A stretch of 64,000 nt of DNA from the human T2T-CHM13v2.0 reference genome, Homo sapiens. Positions 1 through 13,509 of the stretch are shown one piece after another. Position 1 is the stretch's first letter. Every line of letters begins with the position of its first letter. Made by a program: the position numbers and the translations under genes. The stretch is from NCBI RefSeq assembly GCF_009914755.1, contig NC_060947.1, one strand, 5' to 3'. A model generated the notes under the pieces. It was given only the letters and a program-made list of their open reading frames with translations, was not told the origin of the DNA and ran no database searches.

Positions 1-1303
1 ACACACTCAAGGATCCTGAGCCAAGGCACTCTTTCCCCTGGAGTTATTCAGTGGGTCCCTCCGGCCTCTGCCTCTAGGTCTCACTTTTCTGGAAGCCTCA
101 TGGCTGATTAGCCTCTTTCTTTTCACAGTCTCTTTCCAAACAGGGCACGAGACAAGGGATTTGATTTGTTAACTTAGCATTTCCTAATTTCCTATCTCAT
201 TCCAGGGCTGCCTCCCAGGGCACTCCCCTATTCAGCTTAAGCTGGCATTTTGGAGCTCATTCACTCTTCTGTCAGCCAATCACCATCACAGGGTGAAGCT
301 TCACCCCATATATTATGAATCAGTCCCATTCTACGCACATTGTACCAGTTTACCTGTGAGGGTAGCCCTATAGCTACTATTTGTTAGGGTGGAGGGGGCT
401 TCACAATTGCCTTCATGTATGGACGGCCCCTGATAGGTACTTTTCTGCCTACAAAGAACCTTCAGACTCACACACTCCTTCAGCACATTGCACTGTAGTT
501 GTCACTGGCCTGCCTCTCTCCCCTCTGGGCTCGGATTGTACCCATTCCCTGCAGACATGGTGTATTCCAGCTTCTCCACGGCCTAGGGTACTCAAGATGT
601 ATTTCTTGAATGAAGATTAACCAACCCTCTCTAGAGTTTAGCTCAAGTGAATCCACTGTTCCAGCTGGAATGAAAATCATGCCAGGCCTCCATCTGTTTT
701 TAAAAGATAGAAGGGCATTCCTACTCTCTGGGGAGAAACTGCAAGGATTTAATGAAATGTTTCTTCAGTGGAGGCTATGGATGATCTGTTGACATGGTCT
801 AAAAGGTTGTAGGTTGTTTAATGTCTTTCTGTACCATCAATTCTGCACTTTGTACCAACTCAGCAAGTTGGTATGAATTTAGGCTACTGACAAGGACCTC
901 GGAAAATAATGTGGCTTCTGCAGGTTTAAGGAAAGAAAGAACTCAAAAGCAGTGCTAAGAGTCTGAGATGAGAACCTCTGTGATGCAGTGCTTCCAAGGA
1001 TTTGGCCTGGGAGGGACTGCAGCAGCACATGTTTCCTGCCTCTGGTGCACCTTCCCGAGGGCTCCAGACCTGCCTCAGAGTGCCAGCCTGGAGACTCCAT
1101 GAACATCACCTGCCCCATCCCCTGTATTTCTTGTTTCATTAAAAAATCCCCAAAATCACACTGTCTCAGGGCAGCTTTTTCAACCTTGGAGGCAGATGTT
1201 GCTCATCTCTGTCAGCTTGATGCAGTGAGAAAAGCAGGCCTTAGAATTTTGGCTTGAGAAGCCTTGAGTGCAACTCTGGATTGGCCATTTACTGACTTCA
1301 ACT

Positions 1304-2033
1304 CAGCATTTTCCAAAGAGGATTCCACTGAGTGCTACAATTCTATGGCATATTAAATAGGACTGGTATATTGGTGTATCAGCATCATTGATAATGATGC
1401 TGTGTAACAAACAATCCCAAACCTCAGTGGCATACAATGATCAGCATTTATTCTTCACTTGTGCCTCTGCTGGTTGTCTGGGGAAGCTATGTTCCATGTG
1501 TCTCATTCCAGGGCTCAGGATGGTGGGGCAGCAGCCCCCGGGGGTGTGCTTCTCTCATTGAGCACAGAAAGTCACAAAAGGGCAAATGGAAGCATGCAAT
1601 ATTTTTAAAGCCTAGGCTTGAAACTGGCACACAATCATCCCCACCTTCATCCCATTGGGCAAAGCAAGTCACATGGCCAAGCCTTTCATCAATGAGACAA
1701 GGAAGTTTACTCTTCCCAAGAAGATTTAGAGAGACGGAGTGAATTTTTTGTTGTATGGTAATTTAATCTACAAGCTACATGGGGAAAATGTTCTATGGTC
1801 AAATAAGTTAGGGAAACGCTGTGTTTTTAAAATAAGATGAAAAAGAGTTGGGATGTTGGAGGTGGTCGGGGGGTGTCAATTAATCTTTTGAAAGATGTGA
1901 GACAGGTCTCAGAGCCTTTAGTGAGTATGTCCATCTTGAATACAGTTGGGAGGCATAGTATGTGAAATGATGTTTTCTGACTCTTTTTCACCATGCTATT
2001 AGTGTTCCACCGAACCCACTTTGAGAAAGGTTG
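1304..2033. mobile_element. Degenerate hAT-Charlie-type DNA transposon (MITE), interrupted by an MLT1 LTR
   Basis: Ends cagcattttccaaag... and ...ctttgagaaaggttg form imperfect TIRs of the Charlie/MER5 type. Confidence 0.4.
1375..1772 (-). mobile_element. MLT1 (old ERVL-MaLR) solo LTR
   Basis: Begins tgtatcagc...gctgtgtaacaaacaatcccaaacctcagtggc and later has cattgggcaaagcaagtcacatggccaagcc, typical of reverse-strand MLT1H-K. Confidence 0.65.
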
Positions 2034-3525
2034 CTATAGCTCATGACCAAGTGCCCTAACATCTCTGAGCCCTAGGTATCCAGGTTATTTGGACAGGAAC
2101 AATGGTATCTATCTCAGAGGATGGTTAGGGGGTCTGACATGAGATAAAGTGCACATAGATGCCTATTCACTCATGAGTTCAATTCATCTGGGACCTCAAT
2201 TAGAAAGAGGGCTCCCGTAGCATGGGACAGGTTGGATCTGGGCCACAGGAGATTCACACACTGGATTAGGCAGGCTCTGGGCAGCAGAATACCTATGAAA
2301 AGGAGTAGAAAGTCCTTCTGAATTCTGAGTGTGGCAACAGACAGCAGAGGCCTTGAAAATGGGGGAGTGTGAAGGGTTAACAGGGTCGTGGTGTAAAGAG
2401 GTTTTTGTTGGTAGCAAGTTCTGAGGGACTCTAGGCTAAACTGATGTGGCTACAGATTGGCAGAGGCATTTCAGGGAAGGATCAAGTGATACTTTGGCCT
2501 CGACTGATCCCTGGCCCTGAGGAACGGCCAGGCTGTCAAGTCAGAGATTGGCAGCCCCAGTTAGGGAGCAGAGGACTATAGGGGCAGGAGGCCATGGATG
2601 TCATCAGAGCTCCTATCACTGGAGCAGGGCCTGTATTCAGTTCAGAATCCTGCCTTTTCCCTGCACCCACCAGGAGCTTGTGTCCTTTTGCTTCTGTCTC
2701 ACCCCTGCCTAAACCTGGTCCATCTTTCCAAAGCATGAACCATTCCTTCCTGTGGCCTCTGCAAACAACGAAACACCAGTGTCATTAGCGTAAGGACACA
2801 GAGGCAGGAGCAAAGTTCACAGAAGATTCCAATTCCACCCAGGTATGAATAGGAAATTATCTGTGGAATGGTCTGCTTCCCCTTAGTTACACATGTGGTT
2901 TTTATTTCTTGGGGAAAAAAGGCTCCAGGTGTTGTTCTCCAAAATGTCACCCCCCACTCCCGGCCTTGGCAGGCTCCCAACTGCCTAGGTCTATAGAAGT
3001 GCCAGTGCTGGAGCCGACAGCTTCCAGCACCTTCCACAGCTGCCACAGCTAACACAAGAGACCTTTTCTACACATTGGCTTTTCTCCCATCAGAAACACT
3101 CCAATATTTGTCCTCGCTGCTCCTCGGGGTGGTGTCTCCTTTCTTCACCTGTGGCATCTCCAGGTTGAACAATATTTTTAGGTTTCTCCCCTCTTGTTGT
3201 TTAAGAACCCTCACCCTAAAATCTCAGAAAATGTATCTCAGAGGCCTGAGGGGATGCACCCTGGGTCCCGGTGTCTCTGAGCTGATGGCACGGCATCCAC
3301 TAGTTGGGTTTTTTTGTTATTTTCCTGGTGTTTTGTTTGTAGACATTTTTTTTAAAAAAAATGAAACAGATACCACATCTTTTTCCTTTGGAAAAGTATA
3401 TTGGGAGGAAAGTGAAATGCTGGGAATATGTGGGTGCACCCTTACAATGAAAACATCTCATTGTAAAAAAATTACAATAGTATCTATTTGAAAGAAATAT
3501 TGTATGAGTAAAAAAGCAAGATATC

Positions 3526-3799
3526 GGCTGGGTGCAGTGGCTCACACCTGTAATCCCAGCACTTTAGGAGGCTGAGGCAGGTGGATCATTCAAGGTTAAG
3601 AGTTTGAGACCAGCCTGGCCAACATGGTGAAAACTCATCTCTACTAAAAATACAAAAATTAGCCAGGTGTGGTGGTGTGCACCTATAATCCCAGCTACTC
3701 GGGAGGCTGAGCCCTGAGCCTGGGAGGTGGAGGTTGTGGTGAGCCGAGATCGTGCCACTGCATTCCAGCCTGGGTGACAGAGTGAGACCCTGTCTCAAA
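3526..3799 (+). mobile_element. Alu (AluJb/old AluS-like), with a small right-arm deletion
   Basis: Dimeric Alu ggctgggtgcagtggctcacacctgtaatcccagc...gaccctgtctc. Perfect 16-bp TSD aaaaaagcaagatatc at 3510-3525 and 3800-3815. Confidence 0.97.
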
Positions 3800-3894
3800 A
3801 AAAAAGCAAGATATCTGGGCAATTGAGACCATCCAATGATGGCAGAGCAATAACCTGCTCTTTTATAGTTACATAAAGTTACATAAAAATTCTT

Positions 3895-4128
3895 ATGAGC
3901 ACAGCCTCTGCAGCAAGGTGGCAGGGATTGGGATCCCAGCTCTGCTACATACCAGCCATGTGACCTTGAGCAAGTTACTTAATCTCTCTGTGCCTCAGTT
4001 TCCTTCTCTGTAATCTGTGGATACTAATAAACTCACCTCTTGGAGTTAACATGAGAATGAAATGAGTTAAGTTTCATACAGCTGTTGCGACAGTGCCTGG
4101 GTGTATAGTAGGCACCAAGCGTTTGTTA
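3895..4128 (+). mobile_element. MIR SINE
   Basis: MIR core tgtgaccttgagcaagttacttaatctctctgtgcctcagtttcc and 3' part cagtgcctgggtgtatagtagg. Confidence 0.88.
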
Positions 4129-5189
4129 AAGAAAACTTCAGAAGAGGGTCACTCTCATAACATCATGTGAGCCGAAACCCAGGGCATGCTGGAAACACAG
4201 GAAGTACTCGCCATTCTTGTTGTTTTGTCCTCACTGACCTTGCCCCATCTCCCTTTTCTTCATGCTCTTCCTTCCACAATAATACCCTCTCATGAGGCCC
4301 TTTATGTATTCTACCTCCTTATTTTAAAAGGGAAAAATGAGAAAAAAAGAAATAAAATACAATTCTTGGAAAGCTGGCAGGAGGATTTGCATTTTAATGG
4401 CAGAGAAAATGTAAAGTCAAAGGAATGAATCCCTAATTGTAGAATTTGTGGTTGCTGGTGAGGGGACTACTTGGTGGGACAGAGGTGGCAGGACTGGGCA
4501 AGATAGGAGAGAAGGACAGAAGATCAACCTGAAATCCCTCCACACAGGCAGTTGCCTACTGGACAAGAAATGCCAGCCCCAGCTATGTACAAGAAAGTAT
4601 GCTTCCCGTGAGGTCACACCCACTCTGAATGGAAACCCACGCGTGCCCTGGACTGGTTCTTCCAATTATGGAAAAGGCCCCCAAACGTCCCCTGATTGGC
4701 ATACCACAAAAGCTGAATCTCTGCAATAATGATGATGATAATGGCATTGGTAATAGCCGCGATGCAGCTGTTACTCAGCCACGTGCATCTTCAGAGTCTC
4801 CTGGGGATTGACGGTGTGCTAAGAATAGTCCTGGTACCGGCATTCAAGAATAATCGGGTGACCAAAGTGAACCTCACAAGGTGGGATCCTGCTTGCCAAA
4901 TGGGCTGCCAGGTGTGAGGGCACGGACTCTGCAATGCTCTACTCTCCTGGGTGGGCTGAGAATGAGTGAGGAGACTTGGCTGTGTGTTCAGGCTGGGGAA
5001 ATCCTGAAACAAGGGCTGGAGTGAGACTTTTCAAAACTGCAGCACTTGGATTAACCTTGTTGTCAAATTCCACCTGTGTCATAGCTCCTGGGACCTACTC
5101 CCTTGTGGACTTTACCATTCAGAGCAGAGGGAGGAGTCAGCTGCATGACCGGTGACTGGCATGGAGAAGATGTAGTGCTGTCAAGACAG

Positions 5190-6242
5190 GATTAGCTAAA
5201 AGTGATAGAAAATGCCAAAGAAGACTGGCTGAAGTTTCTTTCTCTCATAATAAATCAGGTTCAGAGGTGGACGGTTGAGGGCTGAAAAGGTGGCATGACA
5301 AAGTCGAAAGGACCAGGCTATTATTGTTATCAATATCATTGTCATTACTATTGTATAATTTGCATGCGGTGAAATACACAGATCCTGATGAATTTTGACA
5401 AATGTTTGCACCATGTAATTAACTGCCCAACCAAAAGAGAACATTTCCATCAGCTCAGAAGTTTCCTTGTGCCCCTCTCCAAGTGATTTGACATTTATCA
5501 CCAGGGAATGGATTTGCCTGCTCTAGAATTCCATATAAATGGAGTCATACAGTAGCTATTCCTTTGTTTCTGGCTTCTTTCACTCAATATAATGCTTTTG
5601 GGATTTACTGATGTTGCTGTATCAGTAGTTCTTTTTTATTGCTTATTAGTCTTCCATGGTATGAATACACCATAATTTGTTTATTCACCTGTTGAGGGAC
5701 ATTTAGATTTTATCCAGTTTGGGATTATTAGGAAAAAAATTTGTTACCAACATTTGTGTGCAAATCTGTGTGTGGAAATAGGTTTTCATTTCTCTTGGGT
5801 AATGAGTGGGAGTAGAATTGCTGAGTATAGTATAGGTACATGTTTAATTTTGTAGGAGATTACCAGTTTTCCAAAGTGATTCTACAATTGAAGGCTCTAT
5901 CTTGCTCTTCTACCATTAGCCATTCATGACTTCTACCTCATGGTAAAATATGGCTGCTTGAATTCTAGCCATCATATCCACATTCCAACCCACAAGGAGG
6001 AAGATGGAGGAAATTATACGCTTCCCTTGCTTTAATAACATTTCCTGGAAATGTCACACAATACTTCTGCTTACATCCCATTAGTTAGAACTTAGTCCCA
6101 TGATTGCACCTTGCTGAAAGGGAGGCTGGGACATGTATTTTTTGTTATGGAGACCCACATGCCTAGCTAAAAATTGGGGATCTTATTATTGAGAAAGAAA
6201 GTGATATTGGATGTTGGGGGGCAAGAAGCAGCTCTGCTACAG
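5190..6242 (-). mobile_element. MLT1J/K-like LTR split by an old L1
   Basis: MLT1-like segments at ~5190-5330 and ~5890-6242 (ttagaacttagtcccatg...gggaggctggga...ctctgctaca) flank the L1 piece. Confidence 0.55.
5340..5890 (-). mobile_element. Old L1M (L1MC/ME) 3' end fragment
   Basis: Antisense L1M 3'UTR/ORF2-end motifs: catataaatggagtcatacag, ctggcttctttcactcaatataatg, gttttcatttctcttgggt, gtagaattgctg. Confidence 0.82.
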
Positions 6243-6489
6243 ATGAGTGGTCAGAAATTAGTCAGGGATCATTCCTGTCTTGCTTAAGGGTGTTTCTCCA
6301 GAACCTATCGTGGACCTTGGCTCATGATATATGCTCTATAAATGTTTGTGACAGGTGGAAGGAGGGAGAGAAGAAGAAAGAGAGAAGTAGCCATGGCAGC
6401 CAGGCTCATGACTCAGGAAAGTTTCCTTGAGGTCACTATGCTCTTCTGACAAGAGTGTTGTTCTTAAAGGACTTTCACCATTCTTCAAC

Positions 6490-7400
6490 TTCTGACATTG
6501 TTTCAAAACATCTCTTGGATGCAATTAAACGTCATTGTATGAATTGTCAAGACAGTCTTTCAGTGACTTGTTAGGTAAGGGACTTTTTGACATTGTTATC
6601 TGATAGAGATAGTTTGGGAATTTTGTTTTTCAGTGTGGAATAGAGTGTGTGTGGGTGGGTGTGTGTGTCTGCACAGGAAACCGTCTGAGGACTTTTTCCT
6701 GTCAAGAGTCTCACAATTTGTATGGTAATAAACGTGTTGTCATCAAGGGCTTGTGCCTTGGAAATTCGAAATGAAGGCCGAGATGCCTGAGGGGAGGGGA
6801 AGAAAAGAGAGCTGGGAGCAAGGTTGTTTCGAAGCCGACTCGTGGCCGTGACAGGCAGCGGGAACTTTTGTGAGAGGCCTCCGTGTTTCCAGCCGGGTGC
6901 CCCTTCAGCAAATGAGGGGGTCATCGGGTTATGTTATTTTATGGTACAAAAGCAGATACGGTCCGCTGCCTCCGCTCTACCCTGATAATTTTGTTTTCCT
7001 GGCGAGTTTGCCATCAAGGATCTGACATGCCATTAGGTTTTTATCTCTGTTGCCCAAGGAGGGGCAACGGTGAGCAAGGGTCTGCTTTTCATTAAAGTGA
7101 GCCTGGTTGCACGAGCACTTCTTTGAACAAAACAACCACGGTTCACGACAAGGTTAGGGGAAGGCGGGGCGGAGGGAAGGTTATTAGTTATTACCTCTGC
7201 TTCCTTAGCGGGAGTGGGGGCTTCTCTCTAGCGGGATTTGGATCCCTCCCTGGGGCGCTGAGAGCTAATTCCACACTCAAGCCATGATCCCCAGGCCCGC
7301 CTAAGAAGCGGCGCCTTCTAATCATGCCAAATCATCAGGCTGATTCTGCGACATCAACTGTTACCCATTAGGGAACAGGCTGACAACAAGAAATGCATTT
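6490..7400. promoter_or_regulatory. Repeat-free CpG-enriched block; candidate enhancer or orphan CpG-island promoter
   Basis: About 29 CpG counted in 6681-7350, against roughly 1 per 100 bp in the flanks. GC boxes (ggcggggcgg 7163-7172) and repeated TGACA and CATTGT motifs. Confidence 0.5.
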
Positions 7401-9029
7401 CACTTCCAGTCTTGGCCCTCCCTGGACTTGTAGTCCAAGGAAGCTCCAGTGATCCTGCTGGGGACACGGGCCTCCTGCCAGCTCTTAAGAGCTTCTGCCA
7501 GGGTTTCTCTCCCCAAAGGAAAAAGTGTCTGGGAGGGCCTCTGAGGAAGGGGAAAGGGTGAAGGACACTAGCTGGGAGTCAGTCCAAATTGGCTCTGCCC
7601 CATGTGAAAGAGCCTGATACATTCAAGGTCATTGATCCGAATTTGTCCCCGCAAAGCAGAACAAAATGAGCAGAGACACACACTCAGTAGCAAGTCTAAG
7701 GGGAAAAAAAATATCCTGTAAATCTGTCCATGTTGTTTTCTTTTAAGATGCGGTAGCTAATGTTGGTGTCAGAAAGGGGCCCAGCTGTTTATGGTGCTTA
7801 CCTAAACAGCCTGCCTGACTTTAAAGTCATTTCTGGCTGCTTCTGCCAACCCAAGTACTCCAGTCCACCTTTTTGTGTCATTCCCATCAGAAAAATCACA
7901 CCGGTCTGATGCTCACTCTGGCGTGCTGGCCTCCCGTGAAATGCTGTGATCGAGGGTCTCCAGTGGGACTCAGAGACTCCATTCCTCTGCCCCTCCCCCA
8001 CCATCCTCCTCCACACCATCTACCCACCCACTGCTGGGTGCGATTTATAAGCAGGGGAATCCCCTTAATCCCATAGATATGTGATTTACTTCACCCAAGA
8101 ATTCGGAGAGCTGCGTCCTCTCTCAAAAAGTGAATTATAACACCAGCATAGAATATCGATTCCAGACATGTGGAATTTTAATCCCCAAGTCCCCACGAAA
8201 TGCTTCTGTCCATGGTAAATTGGTCCACCATTTCAGCATGTCCAAACAGGTAGGACAGATGACCCCCTCTGGCCACCAACTCTCAGTCACTGGGGGCAAG
8301 GTCAGGGGGTTGCGGGGGAATCTGAGAGCCTTCATCTCACTCTCGTGACTGTGTCTGCTCTCAGGTGCTGTGTGCAATTCTATTTTGTATTTCTTGGAAC
8401 CTGACATCAATTGGGCATTTTTAAATTCCCCTGCTGCCCGCAAAGCCAAAGCCAGGCAGCCATCTTCAAAATGTCACCAGCCATTAACCGTGAGCAAGGA
8501 TGAATTATGCTCACCACCACCATCAGGTGCATTGAGAAGAACAACTCGCGGAGGCAGACTGCCATGTGCTGGGGGGAGTTCCAGCTCCAAGCCCTGCCCT
8601 GGGCTCTCCCAGGACCGCCAACCCGTGTTTCCAGAGATTGTGGTTTTATCTGCAAATAGGTTAGGTTTTAATGGGTAGTAAGCCCCCATAATATTCCAGG
8701 CCCTGTTCCCAGCACCACTTCCACAATAACTCTCCTCACTTCCTTGTCACAAGTGGGAATTGAAAGGCTCAGAGCTGTTGGGTACATTGGTCAAGGTCAC
8801 ACAGCTGGTGAGTGGAAGAAACATGCCTGTTACCAAGATCTATTTTCTATTACATCACACCCAAAGAAGCTTCTGCCAATCTTATGCATGGTTTTCACTG
8901 CATGTCTCAATAATATAACCAGTCCCAGGCACCTACATTTTAACGCCAATACAGCTGGAGCTCAGACAGGTTAAGTGACCTGTGCGAACACACACTCATG
9001 GAGGGAGAATGGGCTCTGTGACATGTAAT

Positions 9030-9300
9030 GCGACAGATATTTATTGAGCATCCACAAGCTTTGGCTATACACAGCTAAATAAGGCACAGTCACTGCCATC
9101 GAAAGACTTGACGGTCACATGGGGGCAGACTGCAACATACATGATTCTGCATAATTCCAAGCATGGAATAGTATGTTATTTGTGTTTGTGAGTGTCATGG
9201 GATCCCAGGAATGGAGTGAGTCATTCACAGAGGAAGTGACATTTGAGGTGAACCATGAAGGCTGTGGAGGAATGAAGAGGCAGGCATCGAGTAGAATTCT
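9030..9300 (-). mobile_element. L2 3' fragment
   Basis: atatttattgagcat...gaggaagtgacatttgag, an antisense L2 3' end pattern. Confidence 0.6.
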
Positions 9301-9404
9301 CTGATGGCACACTGCCCCACCCCACAAGCCTTACCCCTGGGGTGGCCAGTTTACTGTGAGCATCAGCAAGTAAATGTCAAACAGCCTGTCCCATCCTCTA
9401 ACTC

Positions 9405-9613
9405 AGCACTATACAACAAAACTTTCTATGATAATGGAAATGGTCTAGATCTGTGCTACTCGATATAGTGGCCTCCCAGCCGCAGGTCCCTACTGAACAC
9501 TTGAAATGTGGCCAGTAGGACTGAGAAACTGATTGTTTCGTTCTATTTACTCTTAATTTATATTTCAATTTAAAAAGCCATATGTGGCCAGTGGCTCCTA
9601 TAGAGGACAGCAC
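9405..9613. mobile_element. MER3-like hAT-Charlie MITE
   Basis: actttctatgataatggaaatg...tgaacacttgaaatgtggccagt...tgtggccagtggct...ggacagcac. Confidence 0.78.
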
Positions 9614-10152
9614 CTGCAGCAGAGAGTGGGACTACAGGCATTAATCTTGCAAGAGGATGGCAGACCGACCTCTGTGCAGGCGATCACTGGACAGTTCTCC
9701 ATCATCGACAGGCAAAGGGGCAGAAGCATGGGCACAGCCCTCCTAGGGCTAAGTCACAAGGTCCTGTCATAGGTCCAGATGCTCCAACAACCATTCAGTG
9801 CTCCCCAGCATCATGTGATCAGTGGGACTAGGTCTGAGTTGCCACCACGTCACCTCCTCCTGGCCCTATAGTCTCTGCTGAGGAGGCTGGAGAAAGGAGG
9901 CACTGTGAGAGACCCAGCCCCCATCTCACCTTCTGCTCAATGGTGACCTTCCCCTGGTGACCCTTTCATTGGATGAATGTGTCACAGCTGCCCTGCAGTG
10001 AGCAGGAGGGCTGGATGTGGTGCTGGGAAGGCCACCCTTGGTATGAAGCCCTCCTGTCTTCTCTGGGTGCCCCAAGCCCAGGGCTCCAGGATAGAGCTGT
10101 CTCCATGCTCACAACAGCAATGAGACTTATAGCAAATGAGACTTATAGCAAC

Positions 10153-10880
<728 letters not shown>

Positions 10881-10984
10881 GCAACTCACCGTGCACCCCA
10901 ATTAATTAATGCATGTAGCTTTCACTTGTCTTCTTTCCTACACTTTCATTGGGGGAACTATAGAAAATAGTGAAACATGAATAA

Positions 10985-11750
10985 AGGAAATCTATCCAGA
11001 ACATGACTCCTTCTTTCCACCTCCACCACTGCCACCCTAGCCAAACTGTCATTGTATCTGCTTTTACAATGGCCCAATCAGTCTGTTCCTCCCTTGCTGA
11101 TACATAGTCCATCCTCAACAGAGCAGCCAGAGGGATTCTTTAAACCCTAAACCAGATAGAGGCACTCCTTGCCCATAACTCTCCAATACTCCCCATCTTG
11201 GTGCAAAAGCTGAAGTCCTTACGAGGTCCTGTGCAGTCTCACAGTCTGCCCCCACTCTTCCTCACCTCTGGCTTCATCTATTACTCTCCTGCTCCCACCA
11301 AAGATCTGTCCCAGCTGCACTGGTCTCTTTGCTGCCCCTGGACCATGCCTGGCATAGCCTGCCTCAAGGCCTTTGCACTGGTCCTCTCCCCTGACTGGAG
11401 CACTCTTCCCTTAAACAGCCACATAGCCCACTCCTGAGTGTTTTTCATGCCTTTATTCAAATGCCACCTTCCTGGTGAAGTCTTCACTGGACACTTAATT
11501 AAATTTGCAATCTCACTCTTCTTCCAATTCCCCATTCATTTCCCCAGATCTCTTTTTCTTCCTAGTCTTATCTCTGTCATACTATAGATTTTGCTTATTT
11601 ATTTGGTTTATTATCTGTCTTCTTTCACTCGAATGTGAGCTCTATGAAGGCAGGTGGTTTATTTATGCTTTGTACTCTGCTATAGTCACGGTGTCTAGAA
11701 AAGTGTCTGATACAATGTAGGCTGTCAATAGATATTTGCGGAATAAATGA
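10985..11750 (+). mobile_element. L2 3' end (~0.75 kb)
   Basis: cagcagccagagggattctttaaa-type motif, gaatgtgagctctatgaaggcagg, terminal gaataaatga. Confidence 0.85.
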
Positions 11751-12456
11751 CTAAAAATCACTATATCTCTGCACTCAAAGATAACCATTGCTAATGGCTG
11801 GTTGTATTCCCTTCTAGACTTTCTTCTATTGAGCCTCATTTTGACTGAGTTAAGTAGGAGTCCTGTGGCCATCAAGAGAGTGCTGAGGAGAGAGGGAGGG
11901 ACAGCTCTCTCAGGGTCTGTATCTGCCTGTGATCTCCTTGGTGGAGGCCTGGGCCTCATCCTGATTGGCCCAGAAATCCACACTTTCAGTTCTCTCAGGG
12001 ATCATCAGCCTTGGCAGGACTGACCCACATTAACCAAACTCATAAGAACCTGCAGATAGATAAAACCAAAGACCACTTTACTCATTCCTACCCCTTTCCA
12101 GTGATTCTGCCCCTCAAGGAACACAGAACACTATGCTGGAAGTCATGGCTGCAGCTGGAGGAGGTGTACTTTGTTGATTGCCCAGAGGGTTGTATTAAGA
12201 TTTTAGGCACCTTCAAGCACTGAAAAGATTATAGTGTGCTGTACGCAATCCCATGTGCTATTCACAATAAAAATAGTGCTCAACTATGAAACAATTACAA
12301 TGAAAATAATGTTCCGAGTTTTCCCATTATGATAAAGTTAATGCTTTTAAATATATACGTTAAAAATAAAATTGCTTCTTTTAAAAATCATCTTTGTTTC
12401 TCCTGCTTTGTTTGTGATCTGGGCATGTTCTTAGGCTTCCTGTGGGACATTCCAGC

Positions 12457-12850
12457 CAATATAGTTTGGCTCTGTGTCCCCACCCAAATCTCATGTTGAA
12501 TTGTATTCGCTAATGTTGGGGGAGGAAACTGGTGGGAGGTGATTGATTGGATCAAGGGGGTGGATTTCCCCCTTGAAGTTCTCATGTCAGTGTGATAGTG
12601 AGTGAGTTTTCACAAGATCTGGTTGTTTGAAAGTGTATAGCACTTCTCCCTTCACTCTATTCCTCCTGCTCCTGCCATGTAGGTGTGCCTTCTTCCCATT
12701 CGCCTTCTGCCATAATTGTATGTTTCCTGAGGCCTCCCCAGGCATGCATCCTGTACATCCTGTGGAATCATGAGCCCATTAAATGCCTTTTCTTTATAAA
12801 TTACCCAGTCTCAGTATGTCTTTATAGCAGTGTGAGAATGCACTAATACA
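12457..12850 (+). mobile_element. MSTA-type MaLR solo LTR
   Basis: atatagtttggctctgtgtccccacccaaatctcatgttgaattgta...cactaataca. 5-bp TSD ccagc at 12452-12456 and 12851-12855. Confidence 0.93.
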
Positions 12851-12855
12851 CCAGC

Positions 12856-13348
12856 TTGGGTTGTTTCTCCAGCTTTTCTCAACCCTTACAAGCAAAATGA
12901 TCCTGATTTTTCCCTTGGGGGATTGCTTCCCCATTTTCCAGTATAACCATACTGGAGTGTGGAGGTAGACATCCCTTCCACACTCAGGGTTGGGGTCAAC
13001 TGTGAGAAGCAATTTGGTGGGACTTCTGAGAAAGCCCGTGGGTAGTGTGATGTGAACGTGCTTTAAGATCTGGTGCTGGGTAGCATTTGGTTATCATAAT
13101 GAGGTACTTTGGACAAGTGGGGGCCACCATGTGTAATTGTAGTCAAAATGGAATAATACAGAGAAAAGAGATAAAGAGAAACCAGGTTTTTGGTAGCACG
13201 ATTTTTGTGCTGCTGGGTCAAACTGTGCCTGAAAACAACATTTCTGCTCAACTTTTTTTTCAGTTATGTGAGCCAATTCTCTTGTGGTTTAAGTTGGTTT
13301 GAGTTGAGTCTTCTGACATTTAAAATCAAAAGATTCCTAACAGATATA
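12856..13348 (+). mobile_element. MLT1J/K-like LTR (host of the MST insertion)
   Basis: 3' end cagttatgtgagccaat...ttggtttgagttgag...aaaagattcctaacagata. Confidence 0.6.
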
Positions 13349-13509
13349 CCTTGGAAACATGAATCATAGCACAGAGAATTGAACAGACTTCAGCACCCTT
13401 TTAGATAGATTAAGACTGACACATTCTAACATTTTAGACTCTATGAAGACTGCCTATTTTCTGTTGAAAGATATATTTGATTGTTTTATAATTCATCCGA
13501 TTCCTTTAT

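Noticed and set aside
1-1150. Possible very old ERVL/MaLR internal region plus LTR
   Set aside because: The resemblance is only impressionistic, with no clear termini or TSD. It needs a Dfam search.
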